A stretch of 62,819 bases of DNA, counting the filler, from Nemertoderma westbladi (Eukaryota; Animalia; Xenacoelomorpha): assembly GCA_032718475.1 (NCBI GenBank). It is 3 parts of 3 records of this genome, joined end to end, with 100 filler letters (N's around TTAATTAATTAA, not from the genome) between each part and the next. Parts side by side here need not be neighbours in the genome. Positions count along the whole stretch, not along the records: positions 1 to 9,902 come from JAUCBJ010002237.1; positions 10,003 to 40,071 come from JAUCBJ010005242.1; 1 more part is not named here. One strand, given 5' to 3'. Position numbers and translations under genes: made by a program. Below, one piece after another: positions 1 through 12,197 of the stretch (position 1 is its first letter; each line of letters starts with the position of its first letter). Below the pieces are notes generated by a model. It saw only the letters and a program-made list of their open reading frames with translations, ran no database searches and was not told the origin of the DNA.

Positions 1-1300
1 ATTGGTCTTAATGTTCTTTGCTGCAGCCTTCACTTCTGCAAAGGAGATATCGCCAATGGGAATATCTGGGAGTACAGACTCAGACAGTTTTACTTCTATA
101 AAGTTATCAGGCAATACCCTGTCGTTATTGAGGAGCTTTTCAAAGTGGGTCTTCCAACCATTGAGGCGATCGGCTGGTGATTCAGCCTTAACCTTGGTGG
201 TTGGTTGGTTAGTAGGTTGATGCTTGGGATGATTGCCTGTTGTCGTCAGCATCATTGATGGCATCAACCTGTTGGTTTATAAACTCCTGTATATTAACAG
301 AGTACTGCCTGTTCAGGGACCTAGATACAGTCTTAACTGGATTCTTGGACGCTGTAGTCTGTTTGAGTCGGGACTCTGCGCCTTAAAGAGGTCATTTCGG
401 CACTTCTGAATTTTGTGGTGAGTCCAGGCGGCCTTTTTCCTGTTTCGAGGGTATACAGGAACTGTTTCTGCAGCTACTAACTTAACTGCTTCTGTGAAGG
501 CAGTATAGCCCTCGCAGTGATCTGCTGCCTCAGAAGCAAGAACCTCAAATCTGTTGCTCAGCTGTAGTGTGAAGCTGGATCTCACACTCGGCTGTTGCAA
601 CAGAGAGGACCGAGTCATGCCGCGGCAAGGCAGATTTCGTTGTTCTGCTAGCACGCAGACTAACTCTTACCTTGGCCACAATAAGGCGGTGATCACAGCA
701 GAATGGTCGAAGTGTAAATGTATTATAGTCTTGTATAGAGCTCCTGTATTTTCTACGAAACAGAATATGGTCTATCTGGGACTTGTGACCACTGGGTCCA
801 CTATGAGTCCATTGCTTTCCAGTTCGCTTCTAGAACTGGGTTCCAGCCGAAAATAATCCATTTCCAGAGATGAAATTCTGAAGATGGACGGAATTTCGGT
901 TAACACTATCGCTGTAGACCCAGGGCGATGTAGGTGATTGATGCAGACTTGCATTAAAGTCTCACAGGAAAGTTAAGAATGCCTGCTGATCCACTCCATC
1001 AGTAGCTGTTTGTAGATTGTGGTAGAAATTTTCCACCTCCTCTACTGGGGCAACACTACTTGGAGAATAGCACACAATCAGAACCACCTTAGCCAGTAAG
1101 CCAGTCTTCCAGAACATGAAAAGTGGCAACGGATGATACGGTTAGAGATTTGTTCTATTTTGTCCAATGCTGCATGTGCAGTTAGATTTATCAATAGACC
1201 AATTCCACCATTGTCACTATCATCTGCTGATGCGAGGGCGAGTCGCCAACCGCTCCCATGTCCTGAAGGGGAGTAGTACAGGCATTTTTTCCATACGAAA
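1..1300 (-). mobile_element. Decayed RTE-type non-LTR retrotransposon (LINE): AP-endonuclease and linker region, running off the window start
   Basis: Minus-strand frames give APE-like remnants (DNGGIGLLIN, QISNRIIRCHF, LQLSNRFEVL) broken by stops and frameshifts. Bases 1-~208 are the diverged reverse complement of ~1303-1516 of the neighbouring copy. Confidence 0.75.
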
Positions 1301-1302
1301 AT

Positions 1303-2810
1303 TCCAACCAACCACCAAGGTTAAGGCATAATAGAATTACCAGCCGATCGCCGCAATGGTTGGAAGACCCGCTTTGAAAAGCTCTTCAATATTGACAGGG
1401 TATTGCCTGATAACTTTATAGAAGTAAAAATGTCTGAGTCTGTACTTCCAGATATACCCATTGGCAATATCTCCTTTGCAGAAGTGAAGGCTGCTGCAAA
1501 GAGCATTAAGACCAATCGTACCAGTGGAGTAGATGGTGTTCCCCCTGAGGTCTTTAAAATACCTGAGTGTTTAAAGCTCATTTATCCCATCATATTAGAC
1601 ATGTACAGAACAACAAGAGTCCCACAAGAAATGAAAACAAATAAGTTGGTGCCAGTTCCCAAGAAGGGCAACGTAACACTCTATGGTTCTATTTGGGGAA
1701 TCTTATTGATCTCGATTGCTGCAAAGCCATACAATAGAATTCTTTAAATCGCATCAGAGATCCCATTGAGATACTGCTCCGTGGAAATCAGAATGGGTTC
1801 ATTAAAGGTTGTGGGACCATGGAGCCCATTTTGGCACTTAGAAGGATAATTGAAGAGTTATCAAAAAGGAAAGACAGGCATCTGGCTGTTATCTTTGTTG
1901 ACTTCTTCATTCTTCAAGGCCTTTGATTCAGTCTCTCGCTCACGTATGTTCAGCATACTTTCATTATATGGGATTCCTGATGAAATTATTGCAGCAATCA
2001 GATCAGTATACGATGGTTCGACAACATTTGTGTCTACTGTTGACGGTGACACAGAACCATTCGAAGTGTTATGGGGAGTCCTCTAGGGAGACACGCTTGC
2101 ACCATTCTTGTTCATAATTGTGGTTGACTATGTTCTACGCATGTCCTTAGGTCATCACAATGAGGATGGGATGATGGTAACTCCACCTAATGCCTCCAGA
2201 AGTTTAGGAAATCCTGCCAAGTACCTAACTGATCTAGACTTTGCTGATGAGTTAGGAGTACTCTCAGAATCACTATAGAGTCAACTTTATCAGTCTTTAT
2301 ATTTTATTAGCTTAGTTAACTTTGGTAGCTTTTTTAGCTAAGTTAACTTTATTAGTCAACTTATCAGTTAACTTTGAAAGTCCTCAGGAAATGTCTGATC
2401 GTATGAGCATAAGCTCAAATGTGGTATGCTTGAGTATGTGGACGACTTCTGTTACCTGAGATCATGGATCCGGAAGTCAGGTGAGGACCTTCGAATACGT
2501 AAGGGAAAGGCATGGGCAGCCTTGAATAGGCTTTCCAGGATTTGGAAGTCACATAGCAGTAGTTCCATTACTCTTCTATGGGAGTCATTGCTGGGCTCTA
2601 CCAGCCCAGCAAGCGGATGCGGCAAAGCCGCATCCGCTTTGCAAGACATCGCTTTCGCCATGAGGACCAGCCAGTTCATAATCTTGTGCTTTGGCGGCCA
2701 CATGGAGTGAATAAGCATAGTGGACAGTACATGACTTTCTTGAAACTTATCTTAAAAGAGGCTGGCCTTGTTGATGCGGATTATATAGCAAATGTCATGG
2801 GTTTAGGGAG
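1303..2810 (+). mobile_element. Decayed RTE-type LINE: reverse transcriptase and C-terminal region
   Basis: RT motifs across frameshifted ORFs: SGVDGVPPEVFK, LVPVPKKG, QNGF, FKAFDSVSR, GVL*GDTLAPFLF, LDFAD, YVDDFCYL, RIRKGKAWAALNRLSRIWKS. Confidence 0.85.
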
Positions 2811-4714
2811 AAATTTCACTACTAAAAAATGTTTTTGGTCGATGAAGTAAAAATATCAAAAATATTAAAAATGGAAATTCGAAGAAAAGATAATTAAGGG
2901 TCTATTAACGTTTGACCAGGCCTGTAATATTATGACGTCATCTATGGTTCAGTACCTGCTAATCAATTCTATCTACCGAAAAAACGGGGGTAACCGAAAT
3001 CTAATTCGCAATTCATCCAAATCAATTCCTTAGCAACATGTATTTTACATAACAACAAGGGGTCTATTGGTGGGATTTTCCCCAAATTTGGTACAGACAA
3101 TCTTTAGTCCAGTGACTATCGATTGATTGAACTATGTACTTCTAGATAGTTACCATTTAGTTTCCAGAGCAACGCACATTTGTGTAATCATTTAACCATT
3201 TTTAATACCAATTTTGCTGGTACAATATAGGGAGCTTATTAACACAACTTCTCTACTAAACGGGTGGATGTAACCTCGCCCATCTGATTTGTCGACATCA
3301 AAACCCTTATCCCCAAAATTTAATTTGTTAAATTATAAACTATTGTGGTTTTTAAACACTAAATTACAGAGATTTTCATAGTTAATTAATTATTAAAGTG
3401 AGATAAGAGCTTCCAAATATATTTGGTAGCACTTATCTCACTTTTTTAAACACTAAAATAAATAAATAAATTACACCTAAAATCAAATGAACAATAACAA
3501 TTTATTTTTTTTACATCAGTTAGTTACCTTAATATATTGTGAATTTGTTTATATATTTAATAATTGGATGCGACTTATAGTTACCGAGATATAACAATTT
3601 ACGTGTGACAGACCGTGCAAATTTTATTTGAATTGAATTGGAGCTGTGTTATGCAAAATTTATGTAGAATTTTAATGACTCAAATATGTTCCGTAATATA
3701 ATTTTACATAGACTTTTTTGGTTATTAACAAGATAATATAGAATCCCAAAAATGTGATTCGGATTGATTGCGAATTACTTTTGGCTTTTATGCTAGATTG
3801 ATTCGCCTATCTTCCCTGTTATCAATAACGGCAGTACTGTGACTAATTCTTACCGGTATACCTGTTACTACCAAAGCATGCAATGAGCTGACCTATCTAT
3901 CTATTGTTGTTTTGTAGATTTGAACCGTAAATCAATATATTTTAGATTACGGTTGCTCAAGGTTAACCACCTATCTTCTTCACCTTCACTTTTATCTCAT
4001 TTCCTTCTCAAGCAGTACAAAATTAACTGGTAGTTATAATAATGTTATGTAATAATTATTGCTGTAAATTTAGGCAATTATGTGGCAGTATTATTATTAT
4101 TACTTTACACGAGCTAATGTTTCGCAGGAGCCTTTCAGGATATTATGAACTGCATTAAGAAGTATATAGCTGAGTCTCTATAAAGACAACAACAGTAGCA
4201 CTGAATGTATTATGTTGGGATGACACACTGTGATGAGATCACAATAAATGTAGAATTCTGCCGGGGTTGGTAAGACAATGTAATGTTCCTAGCTCGCATA
4301 TATAAACACAATTGCAGTTCTGTGTTAATCCCTTGTGTGATTAATTAATCAATATTGCAACGTGTGTTGGTATGTATCACGACTTCCACAAATGAGTTAA
4401 ATCTGCATAACTCTGGTTAATTTAACCATTATTGCTTTCCAACACTTAGAAAAAATTATTGAAGACTCAGTTGTTGGAAAACGTAATCGTAGTAAAATCA
4501 TGATAACAAGCCCGAATAAAAAATACCCTAATACAATAAACCAGCATCTGCAAAATATTACAGTAAAAATACATCAAAATTTACAGTAAATCCTAAATTG
4601 AGAATACTGCAAAATATGTGAAAAAAATTCGAAAGAAAAGTTATGATCTCTGAAAGACATAAGAGCCTAACTTCTTACGTAATATTGAACCAATTAAAAT
4701 AGTGCATGGTAAAA

Positions 4715-4931
4715 TAATTAATGTTGTAATGTAAATGGTTTTGTTCAGAAGTGGGAAAAATGAGAAAGCGCGTCACCGGGGGGTGTCAGGGGCTAGTGGC
4801 TGAGCTGGTTAGCGTTACTGATGAGGCCTGATAGGGTGAAACGTACTTATAGCGCTGGTTCAACACCCGGTGACGCGCTTTCTCATTTTTTCCACTTCTG
4901 AACAAAACCATTTACATTACATCATTAATTA
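4715..4931. repeat. ~66-bp inverted repeat (arms 4715-4780 and 4866-4931) enclosing an 85-nt loop; resembles an inverted Penelope-like pLTR or retrozyme remnant
   Basis: Left arm taattaatgttgtaatg...gcgcgtcaccggg is the near-perfect reverse complement of the right arm cccggtgacgcgc...acatcattaatta. Confidence 0.85.
4807..4860 (+). ncRNA. Minimal type I hammerhead ribozyme motif (possibly degenerate)
   Basis: Stem I ttagcgtta (4809-4817) pairs with tagcgctgg (4850-4858). Core CTGATGA at 4818-4824, short stem II ggcctgatagggt, GAAA at 4838-4841, near-palindromic cgtact stem III, and an NUH triplet TTA before the 3' strand of stem I. Confidence 0.65.
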
Positions 4932-5048
4932 CAGATGCAACAGCTCATCTCTAATTTATTTAAAATAATTAATCATAATATAGATAGGGCATTCGTGTAG
5001 TTGCTAAAACAATAGTAAAGGGAGTAAGGTTACCTCAACGGTTGGGTG

Positions 5049-5233
5049 CAACCTTCGTTCGCATACAACCTTCGCCCGCGTCCAACCTTCGCCCGCATAC
5101 AACCTTCGCCCGCGCCCAACCTTCGCCCGCGTCCAACCTTCGCCCGCATAAAACCTTAGCCCGCGCCCAACCTTCGCCCACATACAACCTTCGCCCACAT
5201 ACAACCTTCGCCCGCATCCCACCTTCGCCCGCG
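5049..5233. repeat. 17-bp GC-rich minisatellite (caaccttcgcccgcNNN), about 11 copies
   Basis: Directly visible tandem units. It explains the repetitive ORFs at 5004-5353. Confidence 0.9.
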
Positions 5234-5579
5234 GGGAAACCATCTTTGTTACCTATTGAGGGAAAGGAGCATATTTCTTACTACTTACATAATATTCCAT
5301 TTGCCTCGCAAATTGGGACCATCATCATTTTTCATTATTATTTATACGTCTAACAACCTGACTTCTACACAACTAACACAACATAAATATAGGGAGATAG
5401 AAATATAATGTATTTTATCGAAATAGTCGTTAGTCCAACGCGCGCGCGCGTCAAACATTGTTTTCCTTCAAAAACCAATTTGGGGCTCATAAGTAACTTT
5501 CCTTACGGTTTAACATATGATACTTATACGATCGGCTTGTTGCACCTCAGCTGCATTATATATATATATATTACATATA

Positions 5580-6140
5580 TATTGAGAATGCTGTGCCGTA
5601 TTGTCGACAAAATTGCGCCGCCACAACTCGCTATCACCCATAATCTTTGCTATATCACCCGCTTCTTCAATGCCAGTGTCCTTTAAGGGGCGTCTCAAGA
5701 AAGTCATGGGCTGTCCACCATGCTTATTCACTCCATGTGGCCGCTAAGGCACAAGATTATGCAGTGGGTGGTCCTCACGGCGAAAACAATGTCCTGCAAA
5801 GCGGAGGCGGCTTTGTTCAAGTATCAAGATTGGGAGAAGCATTGAGACACCTCCAATGTTATTTAGTGTCTGGTTGGAGATGTGTGCATTGTACTTGACA
5901 CAGTGAACCCGGAGTAGCATTCTTGTGAAAGTGCCATCCAGAGATTTGGTGTCCTCAGCAGTTAGAGCCCAGCATGGACTCTCATAAGAGTACTGGTACT
6001 ACTGCTGCCATAAATAATCGAACCTTAAGTTGCCGTTTTATTCTATGGGACTTCCAAATCCTGGGTAGATTATTTAACGCTGCCCATGCCTTCCCCTTAC
6101 GTATTCCAAGTGCCTAACTTTCGGATCCATGATCCCGTTA
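5580..6140 (-). mobile_element. 3' fragment of an RTE-type LINE
   Basis: Minus-strand peptide NKHGGQPMTFLRRPLKDTGIEEAGDIAKIMG parallels NKHSGQYMTFLKLILKEAGLVDADYIANVMG at 2578-2850. It also contains the RKGKAWAALN motif. Confidence 0.75.
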
Positions 6141-6149
6141 ACTGATACA

Positions 6150-6699
6150 AATATTTACGATGGCTGACCCCAATCAACAATATTTGCCAATTAATTATTT
6201 TTTTTTCAGAAGTTCTCCATGATGTCATAGTTTATGGTGACTTAAAATTAATTTATACACTATGATGTTTTACAGCTGTAATTGGTATTATAACGAACTT
6301 CGAACAATAAAGGCATTATCTAAAGAAACTGAACATCGACATTAGAAGGAGACAAAGTGGTAGCGGTAAGTTATATTTTATTTTAAACTCAAACATTACT
6401 TAAAAATTACTTTGAGTATTAATTACATTCAAATAAACGTGCAATTGAATGGTTTCCCACTACCCTAACCAATGAATGGCCCATGACCTACTATAACAGG
6501 ACATGACATGACATGATATAACATGACCTACTATAATATAGTTATATAGTAGGTCATGAATGGCCTGTCCAAATGTCGCCTTACAAATTATTTTATGGTA
6601 GACCATAAAATAAATTTTTGATCGTCGATAAATTATGACGTCATGGAGAAATTCTGAAAAAATTTAATTAATTTGAAAAGATCAGCCACCGTAAATATT
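6150..6699. mobile_element. MITE-like element with long degenerate terminal inverted repeats
   Basis: Left aatatttacgatggctgacc...ttcagaagttctccatgatgtcatag matches the reverse complement of right ttatgacgtcatggagaaattctgaa...gatcagccaccgtaaatatt. Confidence 0.6.
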
Positions 6700-7205
6700 C
6701 AATATTCAAAGAACAAACCCCCCCCCCCCCCCCCCCCCCCACACACACCACATCGTCTCGCAGCATCTCACTACTGTTAAATTGCAAATGCTATCCTGGA
6801 TTTACCACAGGCTGAAAGCTACACTGTACTTGATTCATTCCTATTGGTTACTTAATATATCCTGTTCAAACGTGATAACCGATAATCACCCCAACCAAAC
6901 CCAATAAGCTAGCAGAGCAATCAGTCACTACTACAGAATTCAACCTGAAATACAGGCAATATCATCAGTATTTATAGTTACATCAGCTGTGACAGATAAC
7001 TAATAACCTTTCTGCCAATTTCTTCAGTAAATTCCGCACTAAACTTATTGGTTTTGGGTAAAATGTTTTAAATTGGTGTACAAATTGAAAGTTATTATTG
7101 GGTTACTCGTGTATATGTTTCTAATATTTAATATTTTAATGTAAGCAACTTATTTCGAAAGTAATGCCTAAATGGTCGTTTTAAATACAAAGTAAATCTG
7201 GAATT

Positions 7206-9205
7206 ATGATAACTCAAAGTTGTATATTATTTGCTTTGTTGGTTGCTAATGCAGTGAATGGCAGCTTCTGGGATTTGTTTACGGGGGAGTCAGCCAATCG
7301 TGGACCGCGAAGCTGCCCCGATGGGAAGTGGATGTGCGAAAACGAACAGGGTTGTATCTACGGCGAGTTGAAATGCGACGGCAATCCGGATTGCGGAGAC
7401 CGAAGTGACGAGTTTGAATCCAACTGCAGTACGTTACTACGCAATTGATATAGTACAAGTTTCTGTGTTGTGTTAGGGTTAGACAAACTCTTGCTGTATT
7501 TCGATAGGTTTTGTAATATGAATACTTGTAGTTGTATTTCGGTGTAGCTGGTTTTAAATTTTACTCTCATTTCACTCTGATAACTAAGTGGGGCTGTCGT
7601 CAAGTACAATGCACACATCTCCAACCAGACACTACTGTATATAACATAGGAGATATCTCATTGGTTCCCCCGATGCTTGATACTTGAACAAAATCCCCAT
7701 GGAGAAAATAAGCATGGTGGACAGTCCATGACTTTTTTTTAAGACACATATTTAAGGACACTGGCCTTGAACATGTGGATAATCTCGCGAAAGTCATGGG
7801 GGATAGGCAGTTTGTGTCGGTGCAAATTTGTTGATAAGCCGGCATTAGCATTCTTATTGCACGCTGCATTGGGCTTGCCAATTGTGGATTGCATGGTGGT
7901 GGCAAAATACTTTGGTTAAGCTGGCATGGCATTGCATAATGCATATCATTGTGCATCTTCAATGTAGCAGGCCGATTATACTGTAGTACTGTAGTAGTAA
8001 GTTGGTCTTGTTATCAATCCCGTATCCTATTCCATCTATGGTCAGAGTAAAACGCGGATCCGGATCCGGATTCTACATTTAACATTGTCCCTACGGAAGT
8101 CGATTTTTTTTTACATTTTTATAACTCCCAAAAATAAAACTATAACCTGTTCTATTGACTTTAGTTTATTGTTTTGGTTAAAATAACGTGCAACTGTGCT
8201 CCTTTCCCTTAATTGATAATTTTGGAATCCGGATCCGGATCTGGATCCGCGTTTTACACCTACCCTTCCATCTACCGTATCATTAAAAATATTCGAGTCA
8301 CTGGCGTAAATATCCGCCCTTGGAGCCCCAAATTATCACTATAGACCCGAGACAACCATAATATTGATAAAAGTATTTGTTGTATTTGTATTTATTTTCT
8401 TATATTTATTTATTTCTCGCATTTATCAATTGGAGAGTTTAATTTTAATCGAAAACTTTTGAGAAAAATATAAAATCCAGATATTGAATTATTCCAAAAT
8501 TATTTATTATTTTTATTATTATTACTAAGATATTAATCTTTAGGGACATAAAATAGGAAAACAATCCGAATTATTTTTGTGGTTTTATATAGTAGCATAC
8601 TGTAATTTAATATCTAATACGATTAAGATTGAACTATAATATTAATTTATATAATAATTATTGAATAATTTAATTATTTAACATAGTAATATTAGTTTTT
8701 GCTTTATAAGATGATTTCACATAGTGCTCACACCTACACAGATTTAGAGGATTATTTGTCTCATACTATACAGTACAGTAGTGGTTATTCTACAGTATTT
8801 CAATAAAATATACGGTATTTCTGTGTTACAGACCCTGTTTCCTGCGTTACGAACGACGGTACAGTGGGCTGGCCCTGCCGTCTTATCGGCTGCATACCGC
8901 GGTCCCAGTACTGCGACCGGAACCCAGATTGCGCCGACCAATCAGACGAACTCCACTGCGGCCTCTACTGTCCGCGCGACGAGTTCCGCTGTTTCCATGG
9001 CTACTGCATTCCCTCCAACTACCGTTGCGATGGCGACTGGGATTGCGAAGACGGCAGCGACGAGGAACTCTGCGACTGTAACCATGGCGACTTCGATTGC
9101 GGACACGGACAATGCGTTAGGGAGTCTATGCGATGCGACGGCAGGGAAGATTGCGTTAACGGACAGGATGAAATGCGGTGCGATGTGGTAACCAAATCCG
9201 AGTAA
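7206..9205 (+). CDS. Secreted LDL-receptor class A repeat protein; exons 7206-7428 and 8832-9205 (or 8832-9201 if spliced onward)
   Basis: Signal-peptide-like N-terminus (MITQSCILFALLVANAVNG) and four LDLa modules with C-x-D-x-[SQ]-D-E motifs. The GT at 7429 and AG at 8830-8831 join in phase 1 and keep the frame. Confidence 0.85.
7590..7840 (+). mobile_element. Short 3' RTE-LINE fragment in intron 1 of the LDLa gene
   Basis: gtcaagtacaatgcacacatctccaaccagacacta is the reverse complement of the sequence around 5865-5900. The downstream part parallels the RTE 3' end. Confidence 0.7.
8039..8265. mobile_element. Mutator-type MITE with 9-bp target-site duplication
   Basis: TIRs tggtcagagtaaaacgcggatccggatccgga / tccggatctggatccgcgttttacacctaccc, flanked by an identical TTCCATCTA at 8030-8038 and 8266-8274. 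Confidence 0.85.
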
Positions 9206-9902
9206 GTAAAGTACCGAGTAAAACCGGCTATTATTACCTCGTAATGTTATGTATATTACAGTATAAAATCGCTTAGCTATTAATAATGAATTGATTTTGA
9301 ATTAATATCATTGCCACCTCCATTACAGAATACCAAAGTGAACTTAATTTTAACAGATCAGGGAATTATATCTTTGCTCGTTAAAAAAAACTGTTTTTTT
9401 TAATATTATCGATTTTTATTTGAAATCTTTTTTAACTAACAATATTGATTGGATATTGAGAATTTTTAATATTTAGTCCATGGGCCAGCCAGCATAGGGG
9501 ATACTTTTTGGTAACCACCCGGAACTTATATTTTTGGGAAGACCTAGCTTCTGGCCATTCATTTTGATATGATAACAAATCTGAATCGGTAGCTGACTTG
9601 GTGTTATCACCGGTTGTCATGGAAATGGTAAAACAACAAACATGCTGTAGTATTCTAATAACTCAATATGAATTCATCGCATCTTTTGAAAAAGATGGCT
9701 ACTGGTCTAACAATTCTAAATGTGACATAAAATTCTGGAATATACTTATTGTTACCATGGGAACGCTGCTAAATGAAAACTAACATGTTTTAGAAAAAAA
9801 ATAGCTACCATTCTAGAACAATACCATTACTTTAAAAACAAATTGCCACATTTTATTGAATGTTAGTTTTGGAAAATTTTGGTATACTGAGAGTTAAACC
9901 TG

Positions 9903-10002
9903 NNNNNNNNNNNNNNNNNNNNNNNNNNNNNNNNNNNNNNNNNNNNTTAATTAATTAANNNNNNNNNNNNNNNNNNNNNNNNNNNNNNNNNNNNNNNNNN
10001 NN
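9903..10002. other. Assembly gap spacer (N44-TTAATTAATTAA-N44)
   Basis: 100-nt N run with a central 12-mer that gives stop codons in all six frames. Confidence 0.97.
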
Positions 10003-10292
10003 TCTGACAAGTATCTAATTTTTTACATGTAAGCTTGGAAAAATATTGTAAAATTTTATATTTGAAAAATCCCCCCAAATACAGAACATTATTGGCGGGA
10101 ACGTTTGAAACTCTCATAACTTCAAAGTTGATTTTCTCAAAACTTTTTTAATATTTGGTCATAAGATCGGCTAATTTAGCTAATTCAGCTAATCGGCTAA
10201 TTTTCAAAACTTATTCTTGACAATTCGTTATTGGATTTGAAATTTGTGTTCAGTGTTCGATTCAGCATAAAAATGTTTATTTGAATCATTAA

Positions 10293-11366
10293 CACTTTGA
10301 CTGTCTTTGACGCACCGATGCGGTGCGTCAAATGGTAGTCAATAGATTGTGTCATGACGCATATATCCGGCATTGATTCAAACTGTGATGTAGAGGAAAT
10401 GGTAGGTGATTTGTTAAAATTTGTTGTGCCACCTAGTGAACAGATTCCAAATTCATTTTGTGACATTATCCACGACGCATATATGCGTCAAATGACCACT
10501 GCACAATGTCTAAAAAAATATAAAAAATATACCGAAATTCAGAATTTGGAGGCAACTAGATAGCTTTGTAATTGTGTCAGAATATGAAATCTATAATAAA
10601 GTTTTGGTGAGTGTAAAACAGAAAACACCCGGCACAACCCAAAGGCTCTTCTCTCTTGGCTATTACATGTAAAACAGGGATGTCGCCACACTAACTCCCA
10701 AGGGAGTACACTCCATAACTACCCAATACTCTTTTACTCCCCAAATAGAAGCCTGGTTTCCATTTTTCCTCTGGCATTGCACGGACACTATAACCTTGCC
10801 TCAACCCAGCACCACCCTGCAGACATACCAACCTTGCCTCCACCCAGCACCACCCTGCAGACACACCAACCTTGCCTCCACCCAGCACCACCCTGCAGAC
10901 ATACCAACCTTGCCTCCACCCAGCACCACCCTGCAGACACACCAACATTGCCTCCACCCAGCACCACCCTGCAGACACACCAACCTCGCTTCCACCCTGC
11001 AGTCACACCAACCTTGCCTCCACCCAGCACCACCCTGTAGACACACCAACCTCGGTTCCACCCTGCAGTCACACCAACCTTGCGTCCACCCAGCACCACC
11101 ATGCAGTGTGGAATTTCTACAGCCTTTATTCGCATTTACTCCTGCTCTACTGGAATGCACCAACTGCAATGGCGCATATTTGCGTCACTGACTCATTTGT
11201 AGGTTGTCTGTGACGCATATATGCGTCACGATTAAATTTTTTTTACACATATACACAACCTATTTTATGGTTTTATAGCACTCAAAGTGAATGAAATCCC
11301 CATAATTTATAAATATTAGCGTGACAATTTGCGAGATTCCACACATATAAAGTGATAGTCAAAGTG
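10293..11366. mobile_element. Non-autonomous piggyBac-type element with TTAA target-site duplication
   Basis: TTAA|cactttgactgtc at 10289-10305 and gatagtcaaagtg|TTAA at 11354-11370 (12/13 TIR match). Internal palindromes tgacgcaccgatgcggtgcgtca and tgacgcatatatgcgtca. Confidence 0.75.
10791..11106. repeat. 38-bp minisatellite (caaccttgcctccacccagcaccaccctgcagacaYac), about 8 copies including shortened ones
   Basis: Directly visible tandem units, located inside the piggyBac-type element. Confidence 0.9.
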
Positions 11367-11778
11367 TTAAAAAAACAAATTTATTTTTTGTAACTGTCAG
11401 TTGGTTTCTTGATCAAACTACCTCACATACGTATGTTAAGATTGTTTAATTTCATTCACTTTGATTAGAATTGCTAATTTTGAGTCTGCCCCCCCCCCCC
11501 CCCCCTCCCCTTGTGAAATCCTGGATACGCCACTGCTGTACAACACCATATCAGATTCATCTGAAATTTGGTAAGAGTGTCCTGCCCATTGTATGGGTAC
11601 TGCTGATGACAACCTGCCTACACTGAATACTGCCTACACTAATATACCAGTAAGTAGTCTAGTTCAGTTCAGTAGTTTTGGCTGAGCATGGCTCCGCCAA
11701 CACCGGGCGATGCTGAGGACAAAGGTAAAAGAGACAGAGCAGTAAAGGATACTCCAATCTATTGACGACGTAAGAGCA

Positions 11779-12197
11779 TTTTCTTATCAATATAAAGTTT
11801 GCGTTGCAAGCATTTGAAATATGCAACAATATCTGAATTTCGTTATGAAGCAGCTGAGATATAGGCGTTCAATGATTGCAAGAATTATCGTTCACTGCAG
11901 GCCATTTATTCTATTTAATAAATACACAAAATTCTAGAACGTGTTATTCATTTTATGAGTAGGTTTGGTGGGCAACAGAGGTATTCCTATACAATATTTA
12001 TATTGCGTAGCTATTCATACATAAACAAAATGTTCAGGAACATTTTATATTTTTTTAATAGAATAAGTGGACTTCTGCGAACGACACTTCTTGCAATATT
12101 TGAACGCATTCATAATCTCAGCTGTTTCTCTACGAAATTCAGATATTGTTACATATTTCAAATCCTTGTTATGCAAGCTTTCTATTGATATGAAAAA
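11779..12197. mobile_element. Degenerate foldback/MITE with long inverted arms
   Basis: Left tttgaaatatgcaacaatatctgaatttcgt...gcagctgagat...gcgttcaa...ttgcaagaa mirrors right ttcttgcaa...ttgaacgc...atctcagctg...acgaaattcagatattgttacatatttcaaa. Confidence 0.7.

Noticed and set aside
4788-4875. Genuine tRNA gene
   Set aside because: A- and B-box matches are present, but there is no acceptor-stem pairing or anticodon arm; a hammerhead core lies in between.
9947-9958. TTAATTAATTAA palindrome as a biological site
   Set aside because: It is centred in N runs identically in both gaps, so it is an assembly linker.
10691-11213. Cluster of six overlapping ORFs
   Set aside because: All derive from the stop-poor 38-bp minisatellite.
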